Positions 63,057-64,000 of a DNA stretch of 64,000 nucleotides are shown one piece after another (position 1 is the first letter of the stretch; every line of letters starts with the position of its first letter). The notes under the pieces were generated by a model, which saw only the letters and a program-made list of their open reading frames with translations, was not told where the DNA came from and did not search any database. The translations under genes and the position numbers were made by a program. This stretch comes from Trichosphaerium sp. ATCC 40318 (lineage: Eukaryota; Protista; Tubulinea): the NCBI GenBank assembly GCA_038496445.1, contig JALMLS010000369.1, forward strand, positions 62,001 to 126,000, written 5' to 3'.

Positions 63057-63410
63057 ATTTAACGTTCGTTAGCCTAATTGACATCCTCCTTCTTTCCGAC
63101 TTAACTTATCCGACTTATCGATCCTTATATATGCGCAACCTCTAGCCTCCTTAGGGCCACGCCAACGAATTTGAGATGGCTGTTCTTGTATTTAGGGTTG
63201 GTTCTAGCCTCATTGTCGTGAGTTAGGCAACCAAGATTTCTATGGACTTGCGACACACTTTTTTTTCATACTGCCTCGAAAGTCACCCAGATTGTAGCTG
63301 TTTGGATTAGCAGTGTACCTACCTATTGTGGTCTAGACTCCGCATTTGGAAATACCTGTTTTTGGTTTTTTTGAAGCTATCAACAAACCAAGAAGCGTCT
63401 ACGCTTAAAC

Positions 63411-64000
63411 ATGCTTAGTATATCCTCTCTAGTGTATATCACAGTTTTAGCGGCTATTGTAGGCTGCGAATGCGAGGTCTACTACATGAGGCCTAATGGA
63501 ACCGGTAATGGTACCACAGAGGATTTGTACGCCTTTTTTTCGCTATACGAATGTTTTTCTTCGTAATTTTACTCCAAGAGCTGCAGGAAAGTTCAATTCA
63601 ATAAGCGGATTAAAAGGAGGTGATACTGTGCTTGTATCTGGTGGCAACTATACGACTTTTTATAAATGCGAGTATAACGTCTCAACAAGGCACCCTTTGT
63701 TGGCTTCGTTTCAAGGTTCAACAGGAAATCACATCATTATTAAAAACAAACCAGGTACGCAAGGCCAGACAACTGTTAGTATTTGGTGTTAATGTTGTCT
63801 TTTAGGCGAAGAGCCTTGGTTTTTTCTAGATTTTGAAGACGGTTGCACAATTACTCCTAACGAGTACAATGAGAAAAATGTTTGGGTGTGGTCAGCGTTA
63901 CCTTTTGACTCTCTACGTCATGTGACTTTCGAAGGCATAAATGTTGGGTCTGGTATAAGTACGTCTGACTGTCTGGAGTGGAAGAATCACGGTGTAAGGT
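63411..64000 (+). CDS. Secreted protein, probable right-handed beta-helix/pectin-lyase-like fold; 3' truncated by the window
   Basis: Signal peptide, VYYMRPNGTGNGT, GLKGGDTVLVSGGNY, GSTGNHIIIKNKPG|EEP, HVTFEGINV. Confidence 0.55.

Overview
This is a gene-dense, AT-rich eukaryotic nuclear region with many short GT-AG introns, so the ORF track shows only exon fragments. The gene content suggests a free-living protist, probably amoebozoan-like (inference only). I spliced about 26 protein genes by hand, so exon boundaries are approximate. They include an Rh ammonium transporter, a BBE-like FAD oxidase, two tandem vWA/Cys-rich receptor tyrosine kinases, a prenylcysteine oxidase, a FYVE-PI3K, HAD and START proteins, an MFSD1-like transporter, a discoidin-domain protein, UTP18, a methyltransferase, HSP60, a PAK/STE20 kinase, a Na+/K+-ATPase alpha subunit, an atypical Rac and several F-box proteins. 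Three observations stand out. (1) A four-copy family of structured ~110-nt non-coding units at 58.7-61.5 kb, each with an AAACCAC element 59-61 nt upstream and base-pair-preserving changes, which looks like an unrecognised snRNA-type small RNA family. (2) An F-box fused to a degenerate tubulin domain lacking the GTP-binding motifs. (3) Nearby, an ankyrin + 2OG-Fe(II) oxygenase + F-box + truncated actin-like locus. Items 2 and 3 suggest SCF adaptors that use cytoskeletal folds as bait.
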